A stretch of 64,000 bases of DNA from Parasitella parasitica NRRL 2501. Its lineage: Eukaryota; Fungi; Mucoromycota. The notes below the pieces were generated by a model that ran no database searches, was not told where the DNA came from, and saw only the letters and a program-made list of their open reading frames with translations. The position numbers and the translations under genes are program-made. This document shows, in pieces, positions 12,330 through 25,511 of the stretch. The stretch is from assembly GCA_025201805.1 (NCBI GenBank), contig MU619339.1, positions 52,245 through 116,244 on the forward strand, given 5' to 3'. Each line of letters begins with the position of its first letter. Position 1 is the first letter of the stretch.

Positions 12330-12735
12330 TTATTTTCTAATCCAGAGTAAAAAGAATGTGTAAGAATATCGAAAATGCTGAAGAGGTTTTTCTTCACATC
12401 GTTGACCTTTTAATCATTAAGCGTTCAGTCATGGGAATAGTCGCTGGAGCCTTGTAGGTAAGACGGGCCATGGGAGGGTAAGTGTCCATAATCGTTACAA
12501 ATTCCTTGTTTTGAAGATGTTGGGATGTATGCAAAGGGACATTCAGTTGCATCGATGTGTTAAGTTGTTCAGGGGGAGTCCAGTCATAAGAAGAAATCGT
12601 ACCAAAAGAATGAAGAGGCATAATGTGAGGCAGTATCATCCGCTAACTGCATGTGAGCACCATTGATTTGTTCTTTGAGAAGAGCAGCCAGCTGTTGCTG
12701 CAGTCTGTGTAATTGTTCTTGTACGGCAGGCATGA
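12330..12735 (-). mobile_element. Probable DIRS-like retrotransposon ORF1 (gag-like) relic
   Basis: Frameshifted MPAVQEQLHRLQQQLAALL ... YDWTPPEQL...MQLNVPLHT...YPPMARLTYKAPATIP.TERLM.KGQ resembles ORF1 of Mucorales tyrosine-recombinase retroelements as I recall them. No RT or recombinase is visible. Confidence 0.4.
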
Positions 12736-13415
12736 AAATGTGACAAATGCGTGAAGTATATGGAATTGTATGGGAGATTGTGAATCTAAAAGAAGCTGGT
12801 ACTGACCTAGCTACAAATCGATTAATAGCATATGTAAAGTTTTTCATTGTCTTTATTATCTTTTGAATTCGCTATTAAGAAGATTCTAGTATAATAACAT
12901 TTCATATTTTGTTCTGACGGTCTCAAGAAATTCTTACAAGGTTTCTTTCGACCTAGAATACGACAATGGCAAAACGAATTCGCACTAGTCAATTGTTTGA
13001 CAAAAGCAAGTGTTAAGGTGAAATGAGCTTAATAAGTTACCATTTACAGTCTTTTTACGGTTTTAAAAAAAAAAAAAAAAAAAGGCCAAATAAATGATAA
13101 AGATCATGGTGATTGTAATAATAAATATTGGGGTTTCTGGTAGCAAACCATTTATTTCTTATAAAAGCTGAGGAAGTGAAAAATCTCCTTAAAAAGATTT
13201 TAAGTGGGGATTTCCATATTTATAGAAAAAAGAGTAATTACTTAGTTCTATCTAAAGTGAAAATAAAAAAGAGAATGTGTTGTAAAATAAGCTATCTTTA
13301 AGTTCAAAATAGTCTTTAAAAAAGTTTACGGTTGCATCTGGGGTTCTATGTGTAAGTATGTCTGTTGACTTGGGATCTAAAACCTTTAAATGGATTCAGC
13401 AACGGACAGCAAGGT

Positions 13416-13800
13416 TCATTTATTTGCTTGAAATTTCATAAATTCATATACAGACAACTTTGTATGAATGGGTGTATTATCCTGGTGGCAGGTTGTTTCC
13501 TTTTTCTGGCATTTTCTTATACCTTCAGTTGACCTGGCGCCTTTAGTGTAAAAGATCTTGTCAGACCAGTACCAAGCTGGATTCTGTATATCCAGTTGCG
13601 CAGTAAAACAGCTAGTCAAACCTCTCCCATCTTTTCAATTATATTGGAATGGTTCAAAAGTGTGTGTCTTCGCAAAGCCAGCGTAGATTTTAGGTGCCTA
13701 TTTTTTTTTTTGGTCTACGCTAACTTCAGTGTGTTATTGTCAGAAAAAGATAAAAACTGCAAGAAAACAATGTTTAGCAATATCGAACACAAAATCAGGC
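13416..13800 (-). mobile_element. Highly degenerate Tc1-like transposase remnant
   Basis: HQDNTPIHT resembles the QDNAPxH catalytic motif; the surrounding frame is disrupted. Confidence 0.3.
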
Positions 13801-16591
13801 AATGCAAAGTAATGAATTAGACTATATGGCATCTTTTGATTATATAATTGCATAGCTTTGAGCAAGTTTTTGTACTTTTTAAGTTGACATCAGATGATGC
13901 AACGACTTTTTTGACTTTTTTTCGCAAAAGTATTTTTCAAAACCGGAACGTGAGATCTTCAGGCCAGAGACAGACATGAAAGTACTACCATTAAAAAGCC
14001 AAGAAGCACATCATTTGATTAAACTAAATTAAAGTTGTTTTCCTCTTGAATTGGGTAAGCTGTGGCTCCTCAAAGCTAATGCTTTCTTCAAAAAACGCAC
14101 ACTATCTTTCTTTGATAGCGGAGATTAAACGGATCCAAAATCAGGAAGAAAAAGTTCTTTCAGAAACTCCATTTGGCAATTAGAAAACAAAATTACTTCT
14201 TACCTTTCTTCCCGCTATTCCTCACTTTGTGTAGGTCTAATGGTGATTTGAATTTTTCAAAACGACCTCGTCTATCGTAGAAATGGTCAACGACTCTCCT
14301 TTACCTCTGCTCTTATACCCTGACGCAAACCTTTGAATCCTGTATCATCCTAACCATGTAATATCTGATGTAATCTGCTGTGCGGTGTTGGCGTTATGAC
14401 TTTTTTGTTTCCCTGTTTTTGGTGCCTGTCCTGAAGAAGTGGGAGTGGTGCCCCATAGGCCTTTGTGATATGGTCCAGGTGTGGTGACCTGGAACGACTG
14501 ATCCCGCGAACCTCCTACGTCTTTCGAGACAATGGGAACTCTTGTGTCTTTCGAGACATTAAGAGATAGGTTTCTTATCAATCATAAATATATTCAATTG
14601 TTTCATTCCTTCTTCCCCAAACACATTTTACACCTGATATTCTCACCTACGCTCCCCCAACCTCCGATCTCTGTCGTTCTCTCTTCTGTCGTTCTCTCTT
14701 CTACGCTCCCCCTACCTCTGATCTCAGTCTTTCTCTCCTCTTCCTCCTTGGTACGTTTGAAGGACTTTAAAAAAAAAAAAAAAACCCTTATTTCCCTAAA
14801 AAAAAAAAAAAAAAAACAAAATTACTTCTTTGAGGCAAGATATCATCTTCTGATACTATGCATACCACAGCTGTCAGTCTATGATAATAGCTGTATATTT
14901 GGGCAGGCTACACGATGGTGTTATTTTCATAATCCCCGTATGCCTATGGAAAGAATTTTGCTGAAAAACCTCAAAAACAGATTAAGAGGGAAAAGTTGAC
15001 ATTTTGCTTAATTAGAGCGCATTTGCAATCTTTCAGATCAAGGAATGGTCTTTTACGATCCTTTTCTTCTAATATATAATATAGTAAAAAGTTGCATTTT
15101 TGAGGTCAAAATCGAGGATAATGCATAATCAATGATTTTGGATGTGTGGATACAAGGAAAAAATCGAAAAAATCCGTCATTTTGCATCGAAAAAAAAATC
15201 ATGCTCAAATTGCACCAAAATCATATATAATATAGTTTTTTCCCGATGGATGCTATCTTTCGTGTTTTCAGGGCATTTTTGATTATGAAAATCAATTAAA
15301 AAATGGCATTAAAAGCTAAAGTTCTTGTTTTTTAGCTGTAAAAACTATCTATTTGAAGATAATACCACGTCAATGTCAATTCTAGTACATAACAAAGCTC
15401 TATAAATTAAGTATTTTTTATGCCACAAGTATACCCTGCTTCATGGTAATATGATAAAACAGGTGTGGCCCATCGAGTCGGAAGCAGAAGAAGATAATTA
15501 ATGAATCCTGTGCTGCAATAACCCTCTGTTATTTGTGAATAATTCGCAAGTTGCTAATTGCTATTGACAGAGAAGCCCTACTTCCATTGTTGCTTATAAT
15601 AATGCTAAACATGTAAAATAGAAAGTAGGATAGAGGTTAGGATTGAGGTTTAGGGTAATTTTACTAACAAAAGTTCAACTTCGTAATAAGCTTCTGGTAG
15701 ATTCCAGGTTCCAAGCACTGTACTGTGGAGTATCAAGTTCTGAATAGGGGATAACTCGCTATACGAAACACGTTTTTGTTAAAGTTAGTCCCAACTGTGC
15801 ATACTTTCCTTGATATTGTATATGCAGACTTAACTCAACAGATGTAACATAAAATGAAAATGCGAAGTTATATACCGGTAAATAGAGAGTGCCATTTGTT
15901 TCAGAAATAAACTGCCGTTGTGTAAATGCATAATTTGACGGATACGTACAACTAAATGCCTTATTAGTATATGCAGTTTGATAGTTTGATACAGTAGTTT
16001 GATAGTTTAATGGTTTTACTTTTTAGTTCATGTACTTATGCAGTCTGTAAATTTGTCTAAATATTTGAGCCTAATTTCTAACGAATATATCTGATATAAT
16101 CTATCAACATTTAAACATTATGAGATTCAAAAATTTTGTATTGCGGCCCGTTGATGATTGTTCAGTTTCTGAAGTACACGTCGATAGTGTTGATAAAGGA
16201 TTTTTATTGTATTGAAAAATGGGATAATAAAAAACCCAAATAGTCATTCATTTAAAAATACCTAGTGCTCCTGCTGTTTTGTCAAAAATAAAATAATTAC
16301 AGCTTCGCAATTTTGTATATCATCATAAATGTTCTTTTCTTGGGCATTTTTTAATCTATAATAGAACTCTAAAAAATGTCGTTGTATTGAATGCTTCTTC
16401 TCCCTACTTGAAATCTTCCTAGGGAGACATTTCTCTTCTCTCAGAAACTTCTCAGCTTTGATCAGAAATAAAAGGTTTATTGTCAGAAAGCCTAATAATA
16501 TTATCACAAACACCATGACATTTATTATTTATTAAACCATAAAAAGACTGTATATGCAAATGTGTGACATTTTGGCCTGGTAAACGACTGC

Positions 16592-17568
16592 TTAGGCAGT
16601 TATTTGTTGCATGGCATCAAAAATGTGGCCACATTTTAAAGTGGTTGACTTGTGTGTTGCCTGAGCAATAATATCTAGAGCCAAAATACGGAGCCTAGAA
16701 AGCCATTTAGTAACAAGATGCATGAATCTGTGAGATTCATATATATACCATGATTTCTGATCAGCATCAAGATGAACCGGCTCTTTCTTTGTAGCCAACT
16801 TGATTTCATCAAATCTTTGTTCAATTCTAACTTTATAGCTTACAAACGTAACACCCTGTCTATTTACGCATTGCTATATAATCATGGATGCAAACAATTG
16901 AGTTTTTCTTTTAAGACGGTTTTGTGGGATAATACGAATATTTACATAGAGTAGTGCTAGCTGATAAGCAATGAATTTCAGGTTTTCCAATCCATTCAAA
17001 TCATGATACAATCGAGAAGCAGTTACATACAGCTGATCCAAATGTTGAAGAGGAAGCCATTTATGGTTGCTGGATGATGGAGTTTCCTTCAAGTCGAACA
17101 AAAGCCGTGATGCGCGCGGATATAATTGTTTTATGGTTGTTTCAGCCAAAGTATACTTGCTGCTCTGGATATCCATTTGTAATCGCTGGACTGTTTGATG
17201 TAGACCCTGTAACAATACAAAAGCAGTTCTGAATACATCTTATATAATCTCCAAAAAAAAATTGAATGTTTTACGTTTACAAGTTTGCTTGACACATCTA
17301 ATTTCGACTTCCAAATATCCAGCCTGTGGATCTTTTCCAGTACAAGCTCCATTTGCGCAAGTTGTTTCAATAACGCAAGTTCTTGGGGTGCTATGTTTTG
17401 CTTGGTATCTTTGCGACGAAATAGCACAGGCTCGTCCGGATATGTACTTACTGCATAGTTTCTCGGTTATTATGTTGTGTGAATATAATTATATTCACTA
17501 TATTTACCTCGAGAAATCTGATTTTTGCGTATGGCTTTTAACGGTGGAGATTTGGATAACTTGCTCAT
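16592..17568 (-). CDS. Hypothetical protein, 5 exons, no recognised domain
   Basis: MSKLSKSPPLKAIRKNQISR|VSTYPDEPVLFRRK...SSKL|GLHQTVQRL...KFIAYQLALLY|QCVNRQG...DQKSW|LRILALDII...QITA*; four GT-AG introns join in compatible phases. Confidence 0.7.
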
Positions 17569-17716
17569 AGTTGTAGAGAAAGAGAAAGACAAAAAAATGA
17601 AAATAAAAAAATAGAGGATCACTCAGTTGCTCTCATGATACACACAATACTAGGCACATTATGTACACACATGATTTTTTATTCTTTTGCAGCTTTACAA
17701 AATTTACTATATATAC

Positions 17717-19569
17717 TTATTTACAGAATCTTTTTTTCAAAAGCTCTCTTTTCTGAGAAATTCGGGTTGCATCTAAATTATGAAACGAGTGCTCGGGAGA
17801 GAATACATTCTGCAGGATAAATGTTAGAAACAGGGCACAAGAAAACTGCAACAAACTCAAAAGACTTACATTCATAAACTGGTGGCAGTCGATCAGTCTT
17901 CTTGGCATATTCTGCAAAATTTGAAATATTTCAATTGGATCTTGCAAGGTGGAGATCTTTTCGCTGTTCATTTTCATGATGGTCAAAGCGGTTTGGAACA
18001 TGACTGAGTAGCCTTCACTATTTGTTTGTTAGAACACCGAATGCTGCCATAACGATAAATAACACTTACACAAAGACACAATCCCATATACGGAGCACTG
18101 TCTAAAACAAAGGGATAATATAATAATTTAGCCAATTGTCAAAATGTCTCAATTGTATACTCATTTACCTCGATTGGCAAGATGTTGATGAACATGGTCA
18201 AAAACCAATGGTTTGTTACGAGCGTAATTGGTGGCAGCCCCTTGCTGATTGTGTTGGAATCCTGCCAAAAACAACCAGACGAGGATGAAATCTTGTTGTA
18301 AATCTCGGGCATGTGCTCGTGGGCCAGCATCATCAGCACCGATTGATCTATATTGGCGCCCTCCATTGTAACGTCGTACATGTTTTCCGGCAAGTAATCG
18401 TGAACTGTGGTGACCAGCATCCAGAACGCATCTTGCTCAGTCTTGCAAAATAGCAGAAAGAAGCCAGCTAAATAGTTGAGCGACTGACAGTATCCAATCT
18501 GGGGTGAATGAAGACTGAATGCTAGCAGGATACGGCGGAGCGACTGCAGCTTGGGATTGCTTTCGGTCTCGAGTATGCTGTTGTTGCCGACACAAGCAAA
18601 GTACTGATTATCGGGAAAGGTGCGATGGAGATCTTCAAGACGAGTCAGATACATGATGATATCCATGTAGCTTGATCAAGAATATGGCTATTTACCTCTT
18701 TGAATAATCTCTGCATACTCGTTGTGGTCTCCCATTTGCATGGCGGTTTGAACCAAGGCTTGATATAGCTCTGGATTCGCTTCCATTTTAGATTTGGCTC
18801 CACTATAATGCAACCAGGCCTGTGTGATGTATATCTGTTAGTCCCATGTACACAAATGCAGTCGGCTCGTAAACATACCTCACTTCTGAATTCGCTTGGT
18901 ATGCCTTGACGAACATTTTTCTTTACTATACGGCAGAATCAGCAACTAAGATCAGTACAAATATTTGTATGTAACCTACATTTTATTGAATCAGCAGCCG
19001 GCCATGCATTTCGGGTCATTGCCTTCCACTTTAGCAGCTGTCTGTCTAGAATTGGTTGGTAGTAAGCGTCGAATTGGTGCAAGTGTTCCAACTTGACCCA
19101 TTGTGTAGGTCGTTTAAAGCCGTACGAGTCTCTGCAAAATTAAATGTTTAAATTAAAAGCCGTACATTTGGTTATATTAGGAAATTATTTACCTTTCTAT
19201 GCTAACAGAACAATTGTCATTGTCGTGTTGTTTTTCGTCTCGATCCTGAAAGAAATACTCGTTTTCGATATTTAAATAGTAAGGATTCAGGCGCCATGGC
19301 TCATCTTTGTGGCTGCAGCTGGATTCGATGGTGGATGAAGAGGCGGACGGAATGGGCGTAAAATCATCGTCATCGTCATGGTCGTCCTGATCCGATATGC
19401 TGCTACTCCCAAAGGTGCTCACGGTCATTTCGGATAGCGATCTGTTCATCACATTGTATGGCTGCACCTGTGCTGTCGGTTCCTGGGTATCTTTTGTGTG
19501 AGCCTTTCTTTTGAAAATGTGATTTGCTGACAGCGAAATGTACTGAATGAAGCTATTTTGCTCTTTCAT
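17717..19569 (-). CDS. TBC-domain Rab GTPase-activating protein (Msb3/Msb4/GRTP1-like), multi-exon
   Basis: RDSYGFKRP, RQGIPSEFRSEAW, IIQRDLHRTFP (Arg finger), IGYCQSLNYLAG (Gln finger), TVLRIWDCVF. Confidence 0.92.
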
Positions 19570-20944
19570 TTTTGTTTTGGATAAAGAACAAAAAGGTAAA
19601 GAAAGAGAATCTATTTCCATTTGGCATTATTATAATAATAACATCAAGGGGGGTGAGGATTGGAAGGGGTCGCAAAAAAAAAAGGAGACAAGAATACGGA
19701 TTGGTTTTCACCATTTTCACCAGCTCAATTTCTTTGACTTCACCATCAAAGGGAGTCAATGAAGTAGCGTTATTGGTGATTTCATATAAGTACATGACGA
19801 TGAATTGTCATCCCCTGTCCGTATGGTGATAGTCCATCAGATCTGCCTCCCCCCCCTCCTATAACGTCTGCCTATTGTTTGTTTGCAATAAATATCCACA
19901 CTGGACAGCATTCAAATATCCTCGCTGTGGGCGTTGGGCGGTGGGCGGTGGGCGGTGGAAATGTAGAATAAGCATGTTACGCAAGCTTGATGTGATAATC
20001 AATTTATTACAATAAAATGACAATTAAAATGCATTCAGACAAGTGATTGCTGCCAATAACAACAACAAACGCTGCATTTTTTTCCTTTTCAGGAGCACGC
20101 AAAAGCATGCGTTAGTTCGTGCTACGTAAACATGCGTAAGCTTGATCTGATTATTGTTGTTTTCAATTAGTGCAAGGCGCTAATATATCATGATGGCAGT
20201 AATTAGAGCAACTAGCCATACTAAAGAAGATAGTGTACAGGCTAATCCAAATACATGTAAAAAAGCTCCTTTCATTGATCGACAAAAGCCGTCGCTCAGT
20301 TTAATTGACGCGTTTCGAGTGATGCATACGACGCTTTGCCTTGCCGTAATATACCCTGGATGTTAATGCATCATCCAATTACACTATCGGCGAGGGACTT
20401 TAGATTGCTCATTTAGCTGTGCCTGACGCATAGATGATACATATAAGGACGCCTTGTCATCATGACATGATACAATGCCACTTTTTGCAAAAAAAAAAAA
20501 CCCCTCTCCTTGATTACACCAAGACATCAGGCACAAAAGCCCTTGTTTTTGGGTGAAACCGCATGAATTTCCATATCACGCTAGGAAAAAAGGCGTTATG
20601 CCACGGCATGGTTTACTTGATATACCAATATTACGCTCATGCTTCATTATATGCGGCACCGGATATCGCAGCATTGACTCACAGAAGCATAATTGTAAAA
20701 CCCGCTAGCTGAAGAGTTGTGATGATATGTCTTTACAGCCTATCTTTTTGCAAACAAATGACGCCTTTAACGATTGAGTGATACGAAAGCAGTGCAACAA
20801 TATGATTGCGTTGCTGCATTGATTGTATACGATGTACATCGTGGGTAGAATTTAGGCAGGCGCACAGACTCTTTGTTTTCACTGAAATTGATTAAAGTAG
20901 CCTGATGAGGAAGGACCGCGTCTGATTGTGCAAAGATCTCTAGT

Positions 20945-22199
20945 TTATTTGTTCTTTGGTACTTCTAAAACGTGTCCTGGCATCACATATTTATACTCAT
21001 TGTTATCGTCCTCAAATTGAACTTTATAATTGCCAGAATAGCCATGATCTTTATTCTAAGACCACACATGAGTTATCATTATAAGAATAATAATTAATAT
21101 AAAAAAAAAGAAATACTTACTTTGGATGGCGGTGCTGCCACTTTGGCTCTGTAGAAACACGTTGTTCCAGGATAAAGCGCCAAGACGTCTTGGCCCGTAC
21201 TGATTTCAGATAGCCCTTTGGCTTCATCGACATTGGGGATAGGGATCACATTTCGCGGCTGCAACATGTAGCGTCTATACATAATTTATAGTGTATGGCA
21301 TGAGATTAGGTGTAATGCAACCCCTATAGTACTTACTGCTTTTGGCCAAACTCATCCTGGTCTACGTCCTCAACTTCGTATCTACCCATATGCTTAGAAT
21401 GGGAAAAAGCCAATTGCACGCTTGCTATATGCTATATATACCTGTTTTTATCACTGTGATAGCTGATCACAACGGCAAGAATCCACTCCTCATTCTTGTC
21501 TTTTTGTTTTGGCTGTTTTGCAGCAACAGACGTGCCATGCGTCAATATATGATGTCTAAAAGATGCAAAGATGAATATAGCCAACACGGCAAAGCGGCCT
21601 GTACGTACGCTTTGGACTTTTTCGACGACACCGTGGAATTGCCCAAGGGAGAGGAATCGTCGTCTGCTTTTCTCTTCTTTCTCTTTCCATCGATCACTTA
21701 CGGGTTGGCTTGTTAATGGCACGACGCTTAAATACCATATAAGTTAAACCAAACTCACCATGATTATACTCTGACGCATCTCTTAATGCGATCAAAACAG
21801 ACACTTTTTCTATAATGTCATGAATGATTCTACAGCACGGTTAGCACGCTTCCGAATGTTGCCTGCAAGCTACCACATACTTGGATTCGCTGTTTGACAA
21901 GTCGATGCCACCCCGGTAGAAGTCTATCAGCTTGTTGCTAATAACAGTCGGTATACCTGTTGCAAAAAAAAAAAAAGCTTCAATTTCCCATAAATTAGAT
22001 GCACATTTTTCCCGTCTTGTGTACCTTGCTCCATATTCACAGCTGCATGAATCTGGTTGATTCCAGTGACAACGCCTGCTGCGTCCTTTTGAACGTGCTC
22101 CAGCTTTGCAAGTGCAACGCAAATCTGCTTCCACAAATTAACTTCTTCATTTGTATCGTCCAAGTTGGCTGAGCGAGATGTACGTGATTTACGATCCAT
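20945..22199 (-). CDS. SGF29: SAGA-associated factor 29 (tandem Tudor), multi-exon
   Basis: GTSVAAK...EEWILAVV...YEVEDVD...VLALYPGTTCFYRAKV...YKVQFEDD. Confidence 0.93.
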
Positions 22200-23622
22200 G
22201 GTTTTGTGTGCAATAAGAGGATAAACGGGTATACGGAACTTGCAAGAGTAGCGAGAGATGAAAGAGCAAAAAACGTAGGCTTGTGTTTGAAAATATAATG
22301 ATAAAACGATATCTATGTATGGTATACAATAGTCTAGAGAGGGAGATGTGCTGCTCTATTGTCCTGTATATATTGAGATAAAAACCGAAAAATAAAAAAA
22401 AAAAAAGCTAAGCTGTCCAAGTCGAAAAAGTTTGCTGTGCACACAAAGTCAGCGCAAGTGGGCCCGTCGCTAGCACATGCTTTTCATGCCGCAGGGTATT
22501 TTCTTATAGCATTCAGCAGATCAAAACACCGCTACATCTAGCAAACTGTCATTTCGATTGCAATATATATTATTAGCATAGGATATTAAAATCTAAAATT
22601 ACATTTGATTTAGATTTGGAACAAAATAATGCCAAGCGATGACTCTGAAACAAGCAAATCAGGACACCAATACCTCTAGGGAAGCTCAACGAAATATAAT
22701 ATAATGGATAACCGCTACATGGCCAACAAGCAAAGCTATTTTTGGAATGGAGACATTGCAAAAACTAAAATACCCGGAAAATTATTGTTCACATTTGCAC
22801 AATGAAAAAGGGCCGTTGTTTCCCAGGGAACCAGGAAATAATGACGAACCTGTCATTTGGCTGTTGCTCTTTTAATTATTCCGAGAAAACAGTAAAAAAG
22901 TTGCTGCTCGCTGTTGTTGTTCTTTGTTGTTGTTGTGATGCTGTGATGTTGTGATGTGTCACTTTTTTTCTTTTTTTCCTTGCATGATTTTGGGCAAATC
23001 AAAATTTAAACTTACATTATGGTTTCATTGCAGAAAGGTTAAAGCACTTTTTTTGTTATCATAATGAAACATGCCATTTGTCTGAATATATTGTACATCG
23101 ATCAATTGATACTATAGCTAGCCTATATATACATTTCACACCAAACCATAAACTGACAATTTCTATAAATATCGTTCGATGATGGTTAGTATTTTTCAAA
23201 CGGAATTTCTGCCATTGATTTCTACATGTCTTCATATACAACACGTGCCGTCATGTTTTGAGATTGGACAAAGAAAATCACAACAACAAAAATTGAGGGG
23301 AGCAGGAGGGGCAGTGGGGGGGGGGGCATGATGGATGTTTGAAAAGGGAGATGTTCATTGACATTGCCTTAAAACTCCTTTTTTTTTTTTTGTTTGACCT
23401 ATATTTATTTACTCGAAAGTTTGACCACCGCGATATCCTGTATTATATTTTAGTGCACGAGGGGAGAATTCACAAACCTAATAATACAATCAAATGAATA
23501 GAAAAACACATATAAATACAATCGACATTTCCCGCAATTCATTCCCTTTCGTTTTTTTTTTTTCTCTCTTCCAACACTTTTTTTTCATTTACACAATAAA
23601 GCGGAAATTATTCTTTGTAAAC

Positions 23623-25511
23623 ATGAAATCTCTCGCTTTTGTCGCTTTTGCACTTTTGGCTGCTGTTGATGCTGCCAATGTTAACTTCAAGGTCATTGCT
23701 CCCAATGCCTCAAAGCAAGTCCAAGTCAACGTTGGTGGTACTTTGACTACCTTGAAGGCTGCTGATCCCGATGTTCCTTTCTACACTGGCTCTGCTGATT
23801 TACCCGATAACAAGACATACAAGGTAAGAATAGACATAGCATTTAATTCTCCTCAGATGAACTGACATGTGTACAATAGTACGTTGTCGATGGCAAGACC
23901 GAAAGTTTTGATCGTACTTTTGCTGGTGGTGATTCCACCAAGAACGAATTCTACGAACGTCAAGTTACCTATGCTACCAACATTCCCGAATTACCCAGCA
24001 TTCTTTCAGAGGGCGCTTGGAGCCGTGGCTCTACCTCTGATCCCATCTGGGATTCCAACTATATTCCCTCCATCTTTGTTACTGCCGACGAGGATGACAT
24101 GGAGGATTTGATTGAGGATGTCTCCAAATCTACATACAAGGCCAAGATTACCTTTATCGGTCCCGACTCTGTAAAGTCTATCGAGGTGAGTTTAATATAT
24201 CGGAATGCTTCAGAATGTTTAAACTAACATGCCCCACTCAAACAACAGAACTGTGTCATTGGTCTCCACAAGCCTGGCCGTAAGCACAACGATGCCAAGC
24301 AGACCTGGGTTTGGACCCTTCCTGAAGGCACCTTCTATGCCGACCGCAACTGGTTCAAGATCAGACACATGGAGGAAGATCCCACTCAAATGCGTGAAAA
24401 GCTCTATGCTGACATTGCCCGCAACATGGGTACATATGCCAATGAGGCCAACATGATCCGCTTCTTCGTCAACAAGGAGGGTATGGGTACTTTCAACATG
24501 CTTGATGATGTTATCATGTATTCCTACATCAACGCCATGTTCTACGGTGGCGATGCCCCTGATCAAATGGGTCCTCTCTTTGATGGTGGCTCTGGTGCTG
24601 ACTTCAACCCTTCCACTGGCTACGATAGCTTTATTGCTAACGTCGAGTCTCCTCTTGGAACTGACGCTATTGCTCCTTTTGCCAAGGCCATTGCTGCCGT
24701 TGATTTCTCCAAAGACGAAGAGGTCAAAGCCATTGCCGAATACTTTGACTACGACCAATTCCTCCGTTTCATGGTCATGGAGTTCCTCACAGGTTCTTGG
24801 GATGGCTACTGGCAAGAGCAGACCAACGATGGTGCCTACATTGACACCAAGGAGAACAAGCTCTACTACCTCGCTCAAGATTTCGATGCTACTTTCGGTG
24901 TCAATCTTCCTTTCGAAAAGGACTTTGTCTCGCTCTCATACGGTTCTTGGGTTAAGAAGTTCCCTAAGGCCTACTTGATCAACAAGTTCCTCTCCAACCC
25001 CTCCGTCAATGCCACCTTCCAGGGTTACTTGAGCACCGCTGTCGAGAACATCTTTAACATGGACGTCCTCAAGTCCTATGTCGAAGCTCGCCACAACTTT
25101 ATCTACCCTGATCTCAAGTGGGATCGTTCCATCAAGCAAAGATCTCCTGGCAACATCTTTGGCTGGACTGCCCAACAGACTACCGACAACTTATACAAGG
25201 CCGTTACTGCTCCCGGACCCAACGCTGCTTCCACTGGTGGTGCCCAATATGGTCTCCTTGAATGGATTGAGTTGAAAGAAAAGTCTCTCAGATCCCAACT
25301 CAAGTCCTCTACCAAGCAAGCTAGCACTTCTTCTGCCCCTGCACAAGCTTCTGCTGCCTCTGCCGACGATTCCAAGATTGCTGCTGCTTCTGTCAAGGAG
25401 GCTGCTGCTGCTGCTGCCCATGAAGAGATCTTCACCTCTGCTGCTGGTAAGGCTCTTCCTCAAGTTTTGTCTGCCATTGCTGTTGTCGGTGCCGCTGCTG
25501 CTCTTCTTTAG
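23623..25511 (+). CDS. cotH: CotH family spore-coat kinase-like protein, secreted and GPI-anchored; introns 23824-23879 and 24186-24248
   Basis: Signal peptide MKSLAFVAFALLAAVDA; AKQTW, EEDPTQMREKLY, GSWDGYWQEQTNDGAY, AQDFDATFG; Ser/Ala-rich stalk and hydrophobic C-terminus; strong bias to C/T-ending codons. Confidence 0.95.

Noticed and set aside
14380-15450. Possible solo LTR or MITE
   Set aside because: It looks repeat-derived, but I could not identify paired TIRs, TG...CA ends or a TSD. The 14532-14999 ORF is low-complexity, poly-A-driven sequence.
15620-15660. TTAGG/TTAGGG-like words suggesting an interstitial telomere
   Set aside because: Only isolated, degenerate units, not a tandem array.
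16610-16640. KCGHIFDA at the end of the orphan gene, matching the RING-cluster motif CGHIFD
   Set aside because: No upstream CxxC or downstream ligands and the protein ends a few residues later; probably coincidence.
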